A stretch of 64,000 nt of DNA, taken from the NCBI GenBank assembly GCA_951406725.2, contig OX597815.1:119598001-119662000 (forward strand), written 5' to 3'. The notes below the pieces were generated by a model. That model had not been told where the DNA came from and did no database searches. It was given only the letters and a program-made list of their open reading frames with translations. Positions 12,495 through 25,608 of this stretch are shown piece after piece. The position numbers and the translations under genes were made by a program. Position 1 is the first letter of the stretch; each line of letters starts with the position of its first letter. Source of the DNA: Octopus vulgaris. Taxonomy: Eukaryota.

Positions 12495-12820
12495 GGCACA
12501 AGTGTGACTAACTGTGTAGCTAAGAAACTTGCTTCCCAACCACATGATTTCAGTTCAGAACCACTGCATAGCCTAAGGGTCAACCAAAGCCTTGTGAGTA
12601 GATTTGATAGACAAAAACTGAAAGAAGCCTGCCTTGTTTGTGTGCAAGTTGTGTGTCACTTTGCCATTTATTTCCAATATTTTACAGAAACATATCTAGT
12701 CAAAAGTGAATATTACTTTGCTTGGAAACAGGAAGGGCATCCAGGCACAGCAAATCTGCCTCAATAAATCTTGTGCAACCAGTTGCAATTATAGAAAAGT
12801 GGATATTAAAATGATAATAT
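12495..12820 (+). mobile_element. SINE family A2 (A-type head, RTE-type tail)
   Basis: A head (AACCACATGATTTCAGTTCAG, CAAAGCCTTGTGAG) followed by ACAGGAAGGGCATCC...AAAAGTGGATATTAAAATGATAAT. Confidence 0.7.
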
Positions 12821-12989
12821 TGATTTTTAAAAATATTTTTCAGTCATGCGTCATTATTTTTAATACAAACTTTCTGAAGAAGCAAGTAGTTGAGTAAAGA
12901 AGAATAGTGCTTTCTGTGTGAGGACTTAAAACAAAAATATTTTCTCAGGTGTTTGAAATTATTTTATCCCAGAAGAGAAATTCCTTTAA

Positions 12990-13188
12990 CCCTTTAGCAT
13001 TCAACATTACTCTGCCAAAATGTAATGCTTTATTCACATTGTTTGAAATTAATCATTCATTATCTGGTAACTTTGAGATTTCCTACAATAACATTGTTGG
13101 ACAGGTGCAAGAAGCCGGATCTGGCTAGTTTGTACATAAAACAGATAGAATATTTGGGCCAGATATGGCCGGTTTAAAAAGTAAACAA
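12990..13188 (+). mobile_element. TTAA/piggyBac-type MITE family P1
   Basis: TTAA|CCCTTTAGCATT start; body matches 52184-52395. A diverged P2 copy follows at ~13193-13430 (minus) after the next TTAA. Confidence 0.8.
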
Positions 13189-14544
13189 TTAACTCTTAAC
13201 ACTTGCCAGCCTCAGAGCTTCTTGTTCTGTGACATAAAATTGCTTGTTTTCAAATATTTACATTCAAATTAAAACCTTTACATAAGAACATATTTATTCA
13301 AGTTGTTTCAAACATTATCTTTATAATGACAAAAGTTGTCAAACTAAATCCTTCCAAAGTTTTTGATCATTTTTCAAATTTAATTGAAACATATGAAAGG
13401 ATTATTGATAGAAATGTGTTCATGAAAGCGTAAACCACTTAAGATATATGGAAAATTAGCAACAGCTGGTTTTAAATTCTTATACAAGAAACTGTTCTAC
13501 TTTTGCTTTTAGTTATTCATTAAACGAGAAAGGGGAGCATCTATGCAAACTCAAACTACAAGAAAGAGCAGCTGAATGTCCTTCAAATTATACCACACCA
13601 TCTTAAAAATAAAAGAACGGAGTCATCTTAAACAACTTTTAAAAAAAGATGTGATAACCAAAACACATTTGGTCATTCTGCTCAACTGGGGTTGATTGCA
13701 GCTTAACATCACTATTTAAATGAGCCCTGAGTTAACAGCAGTTTATATATCCTTCATGTATTGGATTACAAGCACTATATTAATAGATTTATCCCCAATG
13801 AAAACCTGACATACTCTAAGGAACAATATAGTTAATTATCTTCAATAGATATATTGCAAGGACCCATATATACTGTTACTTCCATTATCTTTTGTTTGCT
13901 AAATGTCTAACTTGAGAGTAAAGGTTACCAACTTTCCCACATCCAAAGAAACCCTTTTAAATTAATTTAATTTTCCTATGGAACACAGGCTTTTGAAAAA
14001 TCTGCCTACTCAATAAGCTGCTTTCATTAACTAACAATAATTTCTTTTTCTTCTTTTACAGCATATACTGGATGCTTTTTTCATGCAAACAGCATCAGTG
14101 GGGTCACCATGCTGTTTACAAGGCTACAAACTCTGTGGGGAGCAACTTTATGCTAGGAGGTGAGGAACACAGAGGAGTGAAATATGATAGGAAGTGAATA
14201 ATTACATGTAACCAAGTAATTATATAGCAGCCCTTTTTGAACACAGATTTTAACCCCTCAACACTACCTGTGTGTATCCCCAGAGACCTGCCAACTTCTG
14301 GTCAAGAATGACTACTCTAGAATAGTAACAAAAATGTAAAATTCTTTCTTTTTCTCCTTTTTATTTATTATGAACAGTATCTGTATGGTTTTATTTTATT
14401 TTCTAGTGAGCCGAGTTTTACAAACTGAATTTAAATCTCATTTGAAACAATTTCAGTTCACTATAATAGAAATATCACAGCTCAACAGCCTCACTTCTTT
14501 TATAATTCTAGGTTCTAGTGCCTATGTAAGAAATTCTTTTTTAA

Positions 14545-14764
14545 CCCTTTCATTATCATAATTCTGCTGAAATATACCTTTGCTTCAATTAATCTTTGAA
14601 ATAGTTAAGAATTTTATAAATTAATTTTATCATTATTAAGCTGGTGCTTGGAACTTAAATAAACATGAAATTTTGAGGGAAGATTTGAATTTAGATCACT
14701 TAAAAAAAATGTGTTTGTATTCTAGAACCAGGGGGTGGTCTGAGGCAGGTTGGTAACAAAAGGA
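14545..14764 (+). mobile_element. MITE family P2, complete
   Basis: TTAA|CCCTTTCATTATC ... GGTAACAAAAGGA|TTAA. Confidence 0.82.
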
Positions 14765-15776
14765 TTAACGAATGTGGCATTTGGCAAAAAAACGTAATGT
14801 TAGTTTTTAGTCTGATCTCATTATGATCTAAGTTCAAAATCTAACAAGGCTCTGTAAACTAGGTAGCAGTAATAAACTGACATCTGTTCACCTAAATACA
14901 ACCCCTCCTCTGCAAAACCAGGCCATGAGTCTAGTAAATTACATAAAAGAATTTTTGTTCTTAAAATGACTAGGTGTGTAACACAAAGTGCTTAAAATAA
15001 TAGCTAGTTTACACATTTAGAGAAAATATTCCTTCACATAATGTTGTTGTTTTTTTATCTCAAGCTTTCACAGAAATTACAGTTTGTAAACAACAAGGGT
15101 TTTTCTTTCCTTTTTGTTTTTTATTGTTGTTTTTCTTTCAGGGTTAGGGTGAAAATCAGCAGTATGAAGAAAATTGTGGCAAAAAAATGTTGACCTAAAT
15201 GCCAGAATGGTACTGCTTGTAATCACAACAAAAAAAAAAAAGAGGTCAGTTTCAATAACATAAATTTCAGGGGTGAGCAGGTAAGAGAGTAAGAATAAAA
15301 AAAATAATTTAAATATTAAAAACTGATTCAGTAATTTTAAAAATTTTTCCAGTATCAACAAGTTATCAGCATTCGTTCAGCTTGTAATTAATTAACTACA
15401 GTTATTATCTGACAGCAATATTGCATTTTCATAGTAACACTAACTTCAAATAGTAATTGAATGTTTTTTTAATATATTTTTTTGTACTTATTGTTTTTGT
15501 TTTCAAACATTTTCTTGAAAAGCAAAAATTATGGCACCTGAATTAATTGATTTAAACAGGTCAGTTTATCGACAAATGAATAGATTTCAATTAAATCAAA
15601 AGGATGGTTTGATAGAAGACATAATTCAGTTGAAACTTAGACTAAAGAAAAAGGTCCCATTTCTGTAAAAATCTGAATTGCATTTCACGTACACCCCCCA
15701 CCAAACCCACCCACCCACACAAATATTTTCTACATGTCTATCAGATTCCCCATCTACTGCAAGATCATAAATGCTG

Positions 15777-15902
15777 CTAGGTTATGACAGCAGTAACCAC
15801 AAGAGCAGGTGGTTCATGTTTTGTACTTCCATACCGCAGCATTCGTAGTTTGCAAGTCAGCTGCAACCCTACATCACCAGGGTAGCTCTGATAGGTTACT
15901 TC
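15777..15902 (-). other. Candidate coding exon (unverified)
   Basis: Acceptor TTTTATTGTTCTGTACAG| then the open phase-0 frame EVTYQSYPGDVGLQLTCKLRMLRYGSTKHEPPALVVTAVIT*. Unique sequence retaining CpGs; no family recognised. Confidence 0.3.
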
Positions 15903-16883
15903 CTGTACAGAACAATAAAAATACATCTATTGCTTTCATAGTGCCTCTAATGTGGATGTATTATGTTCAGCATTTCACTACAATGTTGCAGATAAATTCT
16001 TTTAAGTATTTCACAGAGATGGTTTAAAGGAGAAAAGTCATTTATGGATGCAATCCAAACATATTTATATACTTATGTACACTTATATATGGTGGATGGT
16101 TTTGATCAGTGTCAGCTGCTTGGTTGCCAACTCTCTCATTATTATGAACGGAGTAATGTCAGGAAAAAATGAGAGAGATCTGTTGGTTTGTTGTCCTGAA
16201 CAACCAGCTGTTATTGTCAAGTGTTTAGCATGTGCAGATTTTATTCATAATAATTAATGAAATAATAAAACAGCAGCTCAAGCAAACAAATTTTTGTTTT
16301 GACCCACAAATTCTTATCCCACAGAATGCACCACCCACTGACATTTTAAATAGACATGATTTAAAAAAAAGGAAAAAAGAAAAAAGGAATCAAGCAAAAA
16401 CTGACTTCATATCAAACAACCATAAATAGACCAAAATCTTTTAGTGTGAAGCACAGAAGGCACCTACCATAATATTTTTCTGTCCCCACTTTTTTTTTTT
16501 AATAAAGAGAATAACTTAAAACTCCTAAATTATTATTTAAAACCTTTAATAAAAATCCAAAATGATAATCTGCTTTCCTTCACTAATTAAGATAAATTAG
16601 GCACCTATCTCTTCCTTTATCAACCATTCCAATCAAGCTAAAGCAGATAAGAGGCCTTCAAGATTTTGCTTTCATGATTTGTTTTAAAATAAATATAAAA
16701 TTGAAAGCATAAAACAATTCTAAGTATAGCTACTCACTCTAACATAACTATGATTTCAATCCATTTTCAGTATATAGCATCTAATTTCATAGAAGCAATA
16801 TCAAACTGTAATGCTCTTCTGAAATGGTTATGTTTAATGTTTATGGTTAGTGAAATCTTCCTACTTATGGCTATAGCTACAGT

Positions 16884-17012
16884 TATATATATATATATAT
16901 ATATACGTATATATATGTATGTATATGAATATATATATATGTATGTATGTATATGTATATATATATATATGTGTATGTATGTATATATATATGTATGTAT
17001 ATGTATATATAT

Positions 17013-17094
<82 letters not shown>

Positions 17095-17096
17095 GT

Positions 17097-17136
<40 letters not shown>

Positions 17137-17222
17137 GTATATATATATGTGTATATATGTGTGTGTATGTATATATATGTACGTATGTATATGTATGTAT
17201 GTATGTATATATATATATATAT
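16884..17222. repeat. Long (TA)n/(TATG)n compound microsatellite (~340 bp)
   Basis: Directly visible; explains the Y/I/M/C/V-rich ORFs at 16750-17276. Confidence 0.97.
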
Positions 17223-17509
17223 CCATTCTTGAGCTATGAGAATAACTTTAGCTCTTTAACTGCGTCCTCACCATAAATTTAATTTTTCCTCCACTTCTTA
17301 CAAGAAATGTTTGTCTGTCCACATCCGAATAAGATAACATCACTTGTTTTATCCATTGGTTAGTTCTATCATTTGCACATCCACAGAGTTCTGATTAAAT
17401 GACCAGTGATGTACATGAGAAATACCTGCCAAGGTCAAAAATTTGTCAGGGCCAAGACTAAACAAGAAATGGCATAATGTCTAGGTTTTGGTTCAAGTAA
17501 AATCATCAT

Positions 17510-17872
17510 TATGGCAGTGTGGCTAAGAAGATTGCTTTCTATGTGGTCTCAGGTTCAGTCCCTTTGTGCAGTACCTTGACCAAGAGTCTTCTATAGCCTA
17601 TGTTGACCAAAGCCTTGTGAGAGGATTTGGTAGGCAGAAAGAAACCTGTCTTACACATGCGTGTTTGTCTGCAACCTTTGTTTTGATATCATACTTATAA
17701 ATAACTATCACTGTCATAAGAAGCCATGTTGTTCATTTCTAGTTTTCTGTGAAAAACATGTTTGGCCATGAGAACAGATGAAGGTTTCTGACAGGAAAGG
17801 CACTCAGCTATAGAAATCTATGTCAACAAGCATTGAAAAGTGAACATTAAATGATGGTGATGATGATGGTGG
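17510..17872 (+). mobile_element. SINE family A2, diverged
   Basis: GGTTCAGTCCC head, CAAAGCCTTGTGAG, then GACAGGAAAGGCACTCAGC...GAAAAGTGAACATTAAATGATGGTGATGATG tail. Confidence 0.7.
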
Positions 17873-18529
17873 TGATCATCATCATCATCATCATATATCT
17901 GATTTCCATACTGGTGGGGGTTGACCAAAATATGTAAATGATGTATCAGCTGGAAATCAAATCCAGGCTAGCTGTGTGATGAATGAGCATTCTAGTTAGT
18001 AATAATAATGTGATTTACTTCCAATGAAAAGGATATCGCATATGTATTAAAAGGTATGGTAGAGAAAAGTGGGGAAGAGACATAGGAAGACAATAAGTAA
18101 GCAACAACCATTTGATTAGATTCAATTGAATGAGTAATATGAAGTTATGATTGATATAAAGTAACCACAAATGAATAGGAACAGTAGCTTCCAAAGAATT
18201 GGGACAGCAGCTTGTATTGAATGAAGGCACAGAGGAATAATTAAAGGTGAAATAAGAGAGCTCTTACAAGCATATTTCTGTTTTTGACCCACATAAAAGA
18301 GAGAAGTGTTTGTTGATGTGGATATGTAACATGATCAGGTGACATGTTGGCTGAAAAAGTGCTGCAACCCATGTAATACGGGAGAGAATCTTAACGAAGT
18401 AGAGCAAGAAAGACTTGGAGTAGACACTAAGAACAGACCCAAAAATGTTAAATCTTGAAGAGATTTGTGAATGATCTCTGATTTAGACAAGGTCTACAAT
18501 TCTAAGGAAAGGTGGATGTCAGTCAATAC

Positions 18530-18682
18530 TTATTTCTTTACTACCCACAAGGGGCTAAACACAGGGGAGAAACAAGGACAGACAAACGGATTAAGTCGAT
18601 TATATAAAGAACGTAGCGGCAGACGAAATACCGCTAAGCATTTCGCCCGGCGTGCTAACGTTTCTGCCAGCCCGCCGCCCTT
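18530..18682 (-). mobile_element. SINE family B, young copy with internal deletion
   Basis: CpG-intact head (TTTCGCCCGGCGTGCTAACGTTTCTGCCAGCCCGCCGCC on +) joined directly to the AAGTCGATTATA block; the central core is missing. Confidence 0.8.
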
Positions 18683-20200
18683 ATGTCAGTCAATTGACTC
18701 TAGTACTTAATTGGAACTTTATTTTACCGTTCCTGAAAGGGTGAAAAGTTAATTTGACTTTGGTGACATTTAAACTCGGAATATAAGATGCCAGAATAAG
18801 CTTAATAATGAAGACAATATCAACCATTAGCCATTAGGCTTAGTATTTTTTGTAATGTTCTTCTTATTGCATATAAATGAAACCAAAATAGAAATTAAAA
18901 AAAAGAAGTCTTCAAACTTATGGAAGTTTGCTTTAGAGAACTCCCTCAGCTATGGATTTATTAGGCAATCACAGAAGTCGACATGCTGAAAACTTTTATA
19001 AAAATATAAAAAAGACTTACTCTATATTTTATCAACAATATTCTAAATGGTCAGAGTCACTTTGTCCCAACACAGATTCCCCATGTATTTAATCATACAT
19101 TAATGGTGATGATGCTTACAATATAGTATAAGCAAGCTCAATATTTCTGTATGCACCAAATCAACAGAAATTAACAAATGTTGCAAATAAAAAGACAAAT
19201 GTAATGAAATGAGATAAAATAATATTTTTAAAAAATGTTTAATTCTAAAAATCAGATTACAATAATTTAGTCTTTGTCAACTGGAAAATTGCAAGATATA
19301 TTGCTTTTTAATTGCATTTCTATTTCAATTTTTCAATCTCAGCTTTATTTGTGTGAATAATGAAAATTATTAACAGAAAACCAGAATGGCAAAATGAAAG
19401 ACAACAACTGGTTGAAATGAAGCAAAGGCATTTTGTAGTTACCCAATCAAGTTTTAGCTGAACTTTGACAGTTGGAAGAAAGAAATCACTTTTCACATTT
19501 AATTTTACTAGAAAATTCAAAATCAATTTTGAAGCTGGAACACCGGATAAAGATTGCAAATTGCATATCTAACTGCATAAAATACAGTTGAAACTTCTCT
19601 TGCAGTAAATATATTATTCAACTAGGAACAGTAGTTCTAGTGTAACCAAATAGAAAAATTATTAATTTATCAGTGATTTTGTTGTTATTTTTATATTTCT
19701 TTTCCTGTTTTTTTCTTTTCTTTATTTATTTCTAAAACTAAATTTATAGTAGTTTAACAATTTGCTATATTCCAATTAGAACACTTCTAAATGTTATTTT
19801 TATTTTAATAAAAATAAAAATATAGAAATAATGTGATAAAATATTTGGTATTTTACCAAAACATTTAAGGAAAAGGTTGGCAACAGTAAATTGATGGATG
19901 CAGCCAGAAATCTGCCTTCATAAAATTGTATTCAATATAAAACTGTGAGTTCAAATGGAATGAACCCAAAACTACAGACTTGAAAACATTTGGGGTTCTA
20001 TTTTTGTAGAATTCCTTTTTAGTAAGATGAGATCTGTTTATTGGTAAAAAAAAAAATGTTTTTGCGCTTTAAGATTAACTTCATCATGACTATATTTCTA
20101 ACAAGAATATTCTGTCTGTGTTAATTCAATTATTTGACAAAATAATCAAAAATTTGGAGTGGTTTAGTAAATTAACATTATTGATTAGTTTATTAACTAA

Positions 20201-20417
20201 CCCTTTTGTTACTATATTCCTGTTGAAATACACTGCCTATGTTTGCAATAATTTTGAAAATAATGAAGAATTTGGTGAAATAACATTGTCATTATTAGCT
20301 GGTATTTGGAATTTAAATTGACATAAAATTTAAATGGAAGGTTTTAATTAAGATCACTTTAAAATAGTAACTTTGCATTACATAACCAAGAACAGTCTTG
20401 GGCTGATATCAAAAAGG
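20201..20417 (+). mobile_element. MITE family P2
   Basis: CTAA|CCCTTTTGTTACT ... GATATCAAAAAGG|TTAA. Confidence 0.8.
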
Positions 20418-20589
20418 TTAAACTCTTTGGAATAGCTACTGGAATCTTAAGACTCTCATTTATGCAATAAATTGATTCCACTTTGAATATGAACAATTTT
20501 GAGTGGATTGATATTACGGTAAGGATATGCGGTATTAGGGTAAGGAAAATGTGAATAACTAGGGGAACGATTAGGAAATTAAGGCTGGT

Positions 20590-20966
20590 TTACTGTGTCA
20601 AATGTTAGTTGTATTATCTCGAATTAATCATACATTATCTTGTGGCTTTGAGATTTCAATGATATGATTGTTTTTTTTAGACATTGTAAAGTAGGTGTGA
20701 GAGGCTGGATTTGGCCGGTTTGAACATATAACAGGTAGAATATTTGAGCTGGTTAAGGCTGGTTTAAACCATTAGCAACCAAACTGGCCATATATGGCCT
20801 AAATATTTTAATAGCTTTATGCTTAAACCAACCAGATCCAGCCTCTCACACTTGTCCAAATATGTCATTCTAAAAATAAGCAATCCCATCGTTAAAAACT
20901 TAAGTGAATAAATAACCGTTAAATTTGACAAATTTATCTGAATGCTAAGAGGCTAAATGCTCAATG
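20590..20966. mobile_element. Nested P1 MITEs in opposite orientation
   Basis: Plus copy interrupted at TTAA 20764-20767 by a minus copy (20768-20952); the host end resumes as ATGCTCAATG|TTAA. Confidence 0.7.
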
Positions 20967-21633
20967 TTAAACTGAGTAACAGATTAACCCTATCACTCAA
21001 ATTAAGTTTTACATTACTTCAGTTAAGTTAAAACACTTCTTAATATTAAAAATTACACATCAAATTAGAGAAAGGAATCTGGCATTGAAAATATTCTGAA
21101 ACTGTGAGATGCCAACTCCTCAGATACTAACCACATTTAAGCTTCCTTACGACCTCCCAAAGTTACGTAAAATACCACTTTTCTACTTCAACTATTGCTG
21201 CCTACTATTCAATGAATGTTTTTATTTTTTCAGCTGTGCTTCTTCTTAACATCCATTATTTAAATAAATAACCTCTTTAGTTCTTTGATGGCCACTGTCC
21301 AAACTGACCAGTAAAATTTCTCTGATCAGTTAAGCTAAAAATAGACAGGCAGCTAGTTGCAAAAACTTTCTCCACAGCTGGAAGGTATATTGACTAATCA
21401 TGCAGAAATAACCAAAATGATGAAATATGATCATCAATGAAGCAAATATCGTACTGAACATATTCCTCTCTGTCAATTTTGCCCATTCGCTACTAATTCT
21501 TTGTCTTCCTTCACTGATTAGTGAGCATAAAACATTAATGCAATCAATGGAAGCAAGCTTTAAGAAACTTTCCTTTCTTGTAATGTGTGTACACACGCAC
21601 ATGCATACTTCTAATTCATCATACATGCATGAA

Positions 21634-21678
<45 letters not shown>

Positions 21679-22375
21679 CATACATGCAGAAATATTTTGC
21701 TTTAGCTCGCACAATATTTAAAATATTACACATGCAAGTAGCCATAAATAACCATATTATAAATTTTGATTCAAACCATGTTTATAGCTCACACACACAA
21801 ACACCATTTTCTCCCCCATCTTTCTCTATTCTCTTGTTCTCCTTTTCACTGTCTTCTATCTGTCTCTCTCTTTCTCTCTCTCTCCCTCTTTTTCTCTCGT
21901 TGCTCACACATGACCATTGCCCATCTTTTTTTTCTTCTCACGTGACCATCTTTCTTTTCCTACACTGACGTTCTAAGGACTGGACGGCTCCTATCTCTCT
22001 CTTTTATCTTTTCAAAGAAATTATTTCTCTCAGCATTCATTATTTCCCCCCTCGTTCTGGTCTAATGACCCTCCATGTTTGTTTTCGTTCAGTTTTCTTG
22101 TATGTCTCCACTGTCCTGTTTTTGTTCCCATCTTTGTCTCTCTATAAATCCAAAATTTTATTTTGGTATTTATGGGAGCAACTGTCTTCAAAATTGTTGA
22201 TTGCTCAAAATGGGGAGTAGATAGACAGCCGACAACTGATGAAGAGTTGTTCTTTGTATGACTTGTCCTGTTTTCCATTTATTTCTCTCGTTATTTGAGT
22301 ATTTAACTCATTTGTTTTCATATTTCCTGTGGTTTACTGTTGGTAATGTCCTGTACCAATATATATATATATATA

Positions 22376-22563
22376 TTTGGAGAATTCACAAAAAAACAAA
22401 AGACGAAGACAGGTGGTGTAGACAACAAACATATGTATTAGTTTAATGCTCAGGAAGTGAGAAAGTCTTTAACGTTTCAAGCCTACACTTTTCCACAGAA
22501 AAGAACACAGAAAGAAATAAGAACAGAAAATAATGAATGTGTAGTGGCTAGCGATCTATCATA
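22376..22563 (-). mobile_element. Probable Penelope-like element terminal fragment with hammerhead-like motif
   Basis: Minus strand reads TTCTTTT-CTGTGGA-A-AAGTGTAGGCTT-GAAACGTTAAAGA; flanked by (TA)n. The PLE assignment is an inference from this motif. Confidence 0.45.
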
Positions 22564-23173
22564 TATAATTTATATTACCAAGATATACCCTATTTCAAAA
22601 AATACGTCCACAAATTAGCATTCATTTCTGAGGGATAGAAAAAAAAAAAAGAATTAAGAAAAAAAGAAAGAAAATTTATTTTTCTGCTAAATTTCATCAA
22701 ATTCTGGAACCACAACTCAAACTCCGCTACTGGTCAGTTTAATGAAATATTGACTAGAAAAACATTGCTTTTATTTAAAAAATGGGTGAGTGAAAATATC
22801 GGCAAGGATATGTGGATTCTGAACTTATGCATAGGATGTCCCATTAATTTACCATCATATTTTACTCCGTATAAGTCACACTATTTTATACTTGATTTTA
22901 AAAGTAAAAAAAAAAAAACAAAAAAAACTAAGGAGCAACTAACACATGGGGCAAAGCTAAAACTATGAAGGGATAAAAGTTTCATGCCAAGATTTGACAT
23001 TAAATTAGAGACGGGATTTATCCACAAATCAATACAATAATTGCAAAACTCAATTTTCCCCATAATCAGCCAAAATTTTGGCAGAAAAGATTCTATATTT
23101 TTAAAATATACATGTTATTTTTGATTGAAGGAAAATGGATAAACAAGTAGACTAGGAAAGCTACATATAATAG

Positions 23174-23215
<42 letters not shown>

Positions 23216-24804
23216 CCCATTTACCATTAAAGATAATGATAAAATAGTCATATGGCTGCATATCTTTAGCTCTTTAAAAGTTCAGGGTAGATGTGTGGTT
23301 ATCAGTAATGAAATGCAGTTAATCAAAAGAATGCTAAAGTGCATTTGGAGAAAAATGCTCCATTTAAAAATTATTAAATACAACAAAATTATTTAATATG
23401 TGAGAAGGTTCTTTATTTCAACATAAATTCATTAGGATCCAAACAAGTGGAATCATTCCATATGTGGACTTATCAATAAATATGTACAAAAAGTAAAAAA
23501 TCAATGAAAAAGTGTCTGTCAATGAAATATTGCACTTTACCAACTATTTATTCCTAATGTAATAGAATATTTAAAACGAATATTTCAACAAAGCAAGCAT
23601 ATCATAGTTCTATCTTTGCATCAAAAATATCAAGGTGATATATTACCACCATGAACATACACAAACACATATGTACAGATAACACACACACATTATGTGT
23701 GTGTGTGTGTGTGTGACATGTATACACACGTACACATACAAAAATAAACATGCATGTATTTGTGGATATGCATGCATACAAAAAGGTGTGTATGTACACA
23801 CATACAAACATGCATATACATGTACACATATTTGCATATATATATATACATAACATGTATATATACACATGCACTTACATGCATACATACACATACACAC
23901 ACACTAACATAGCCATATATAGTTAAACCTTGATTACTAAAATGAGACAGGTGGGGAGAGGAATATTTTATTCAGATATCTGATCAAATCGTAAACACAT
24001 GAAGCTGACATAAAAAAAAAAAGCATGTTTACCGACTTTTACAATGTTGTTCTCTCATGCAATCTTCTTCCATGTCTTTTCACCACAATCCAGATGTTGC
24101 AAATGTACTTGGAGCAAAGTCTTTGAGTGGAAAATTAAGACACCTCTGATGTTGCCATGCTTTTAAATCCTTCAGCATGTTGGTTATATTATTTGGTTGA
24201 TATCCACCACCACCATGCCAGCATGCACAGAATGCTTATCATTGAGACATTGTTTCAGTCTGATACCATTCCTGTCTCCAACCCATACTCAAGTATGGGT
24301 TCTTCTTTTTTATATTCCATTTGGCTTCAAAAATGCAGAGCTGCAGGCTAAATTAACAGGGAATGTCAACATCACATCAGTTTTTCCCTGTTTCTTACAA
24401 AGACACAGAATGTAAGCGTACACACACACACAAAATATGATGGCGTTTTGTACAGCTTCTTCTACAACAGAATGGGTCAGCTTAAAGCTATAGCTCAAGA
24501 TAGTTACCCTAGGTGCCACACACTGACATAGAAATAGAAACCATGCCTGTGTATGATCTGTGTATATATATGTGTGAATGTATAGAGACATACAGAGAGA
24601 GAGAGAGAGCAGAGAGGAGAGAGAGAAATTACTAATGAACACGAGAAGAGGCCTGAAATATAAATTTAATATCAACCTCTCCAAGGAACATGGGAAAATC
24701 CTACATATGACAAATAAAAAAAAATAGGCCAGTTCATTGAGAAAGTTGTGTGTTGGTAACTGAAACTAAAAAATAAAGCAGTCTAGAATAAAACTGTTTC
24801 CATT

Positions 24805-25190
24805 CTAATGTTCACCTTTCCAAGCTTGCATGGGTCAGACAGAATTTGTTGTGACAGATTTTCTGCTACTTGTTGCACTTCCTGTCACCAACCCTCACCT
24901 GTTTTCGTATAAGATAAATTTCCCCATGATCCAACATGCTTTCATAGACAATAGGAAGTGGAGGACACCACTTGCTTACAACTACCATACAATGTCAAGG
25001 CAAGGACACAGTAAAGCACACACACACACAAACACAATGGGCTTCTTTCAGTTTCCACCTACCAAATCCATTTACAAGGCTTTGGTTGGCCCAGGGCTAT
25101 AGTAAAAGACATTTGCTTAAAGTTCCATGCAGTGGGAGAGAACCCAAAACCATGTGGTAGGGATTCAAACTTCTTAAACAAGCATGCCTG
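24805..25190 (-). mobile_element. SINE family A2
   Basis: RTE-type tail (TTTCCAAGCTTGCATGGG on +) joined through a (CA) tract to an A head (GGGCTTCTTTCAGTTTCC...AACCATGTGG on +). Confidence 0.72.
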
Positions 25191-25397
25191 AGAAATAAAA
25201 AGCCAATAAAACCAACCAATAAAGATACATCCAAAATATCACTGGTGGAATTTAAAAATATAAACAAGAACAAATTTAAAATGTCCACATTTAATTTTCG
25301 CCTCAGATCCCACCCCCCAAAAAAAAAACTTACATAAACTCGAGCATGAGTGTGTACACACAAACACACACACACACAACAGGCTCCTTTCAGTTTC

Positions 25398-25608
25398 TTA
25401 TTTCTTTATTGCCCACAAGGGGCTAAACACAGAGGGGACAAACAAGGGATTAAGTCGATTACATCGACCCCAGTGCGTAACTGGTACTTAATTTATCGAC
25501 CCTGAAAGGATGAAAGGCAAAGTCGACCTCAGTGGAATTTGAACTCAGAATGTAACGGCAGATGAAATACTGCAAGACATTTCGCCCAGCGTGCTAACGT
25601 TTCTGCCA
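25398..25608 (-). mobile_element. SINE B inserted inside an A-family SINE head (host ~25375-25725)
   Basis: Host CTTTCAGTTTCT is interrupted by a well-preserved B copy and resumes as CAAATCTAGTTACAAGGCCTTGG; GTTTCT occurs at both junctions. Confidence 0.8.

Noticed and set aside
15858-15890. SYPGDV resemblance to the aldose 1-epimerase GYPG motif
   Set aside because: Match too short, and the downstream conserved TNHSYFNL motif is absent.
16750-17276. ORFs of 106-160 aa rich in Y/I/M/C/V or H/T
   Set aside because: Translations of a (TA)/(TATG) microsatellite; the same applies to 23602-23902 and 3453-3659.
19021-19042. 22-nt minus-strand microexon candidate with a GTAAGT donor
   Set aside because: Weak pyrimidine tract and frame-shifting length; such signals arise by chance in AT-rich DNA. 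Similar doubt applies to the 69-nt candidate near 49915-49983.
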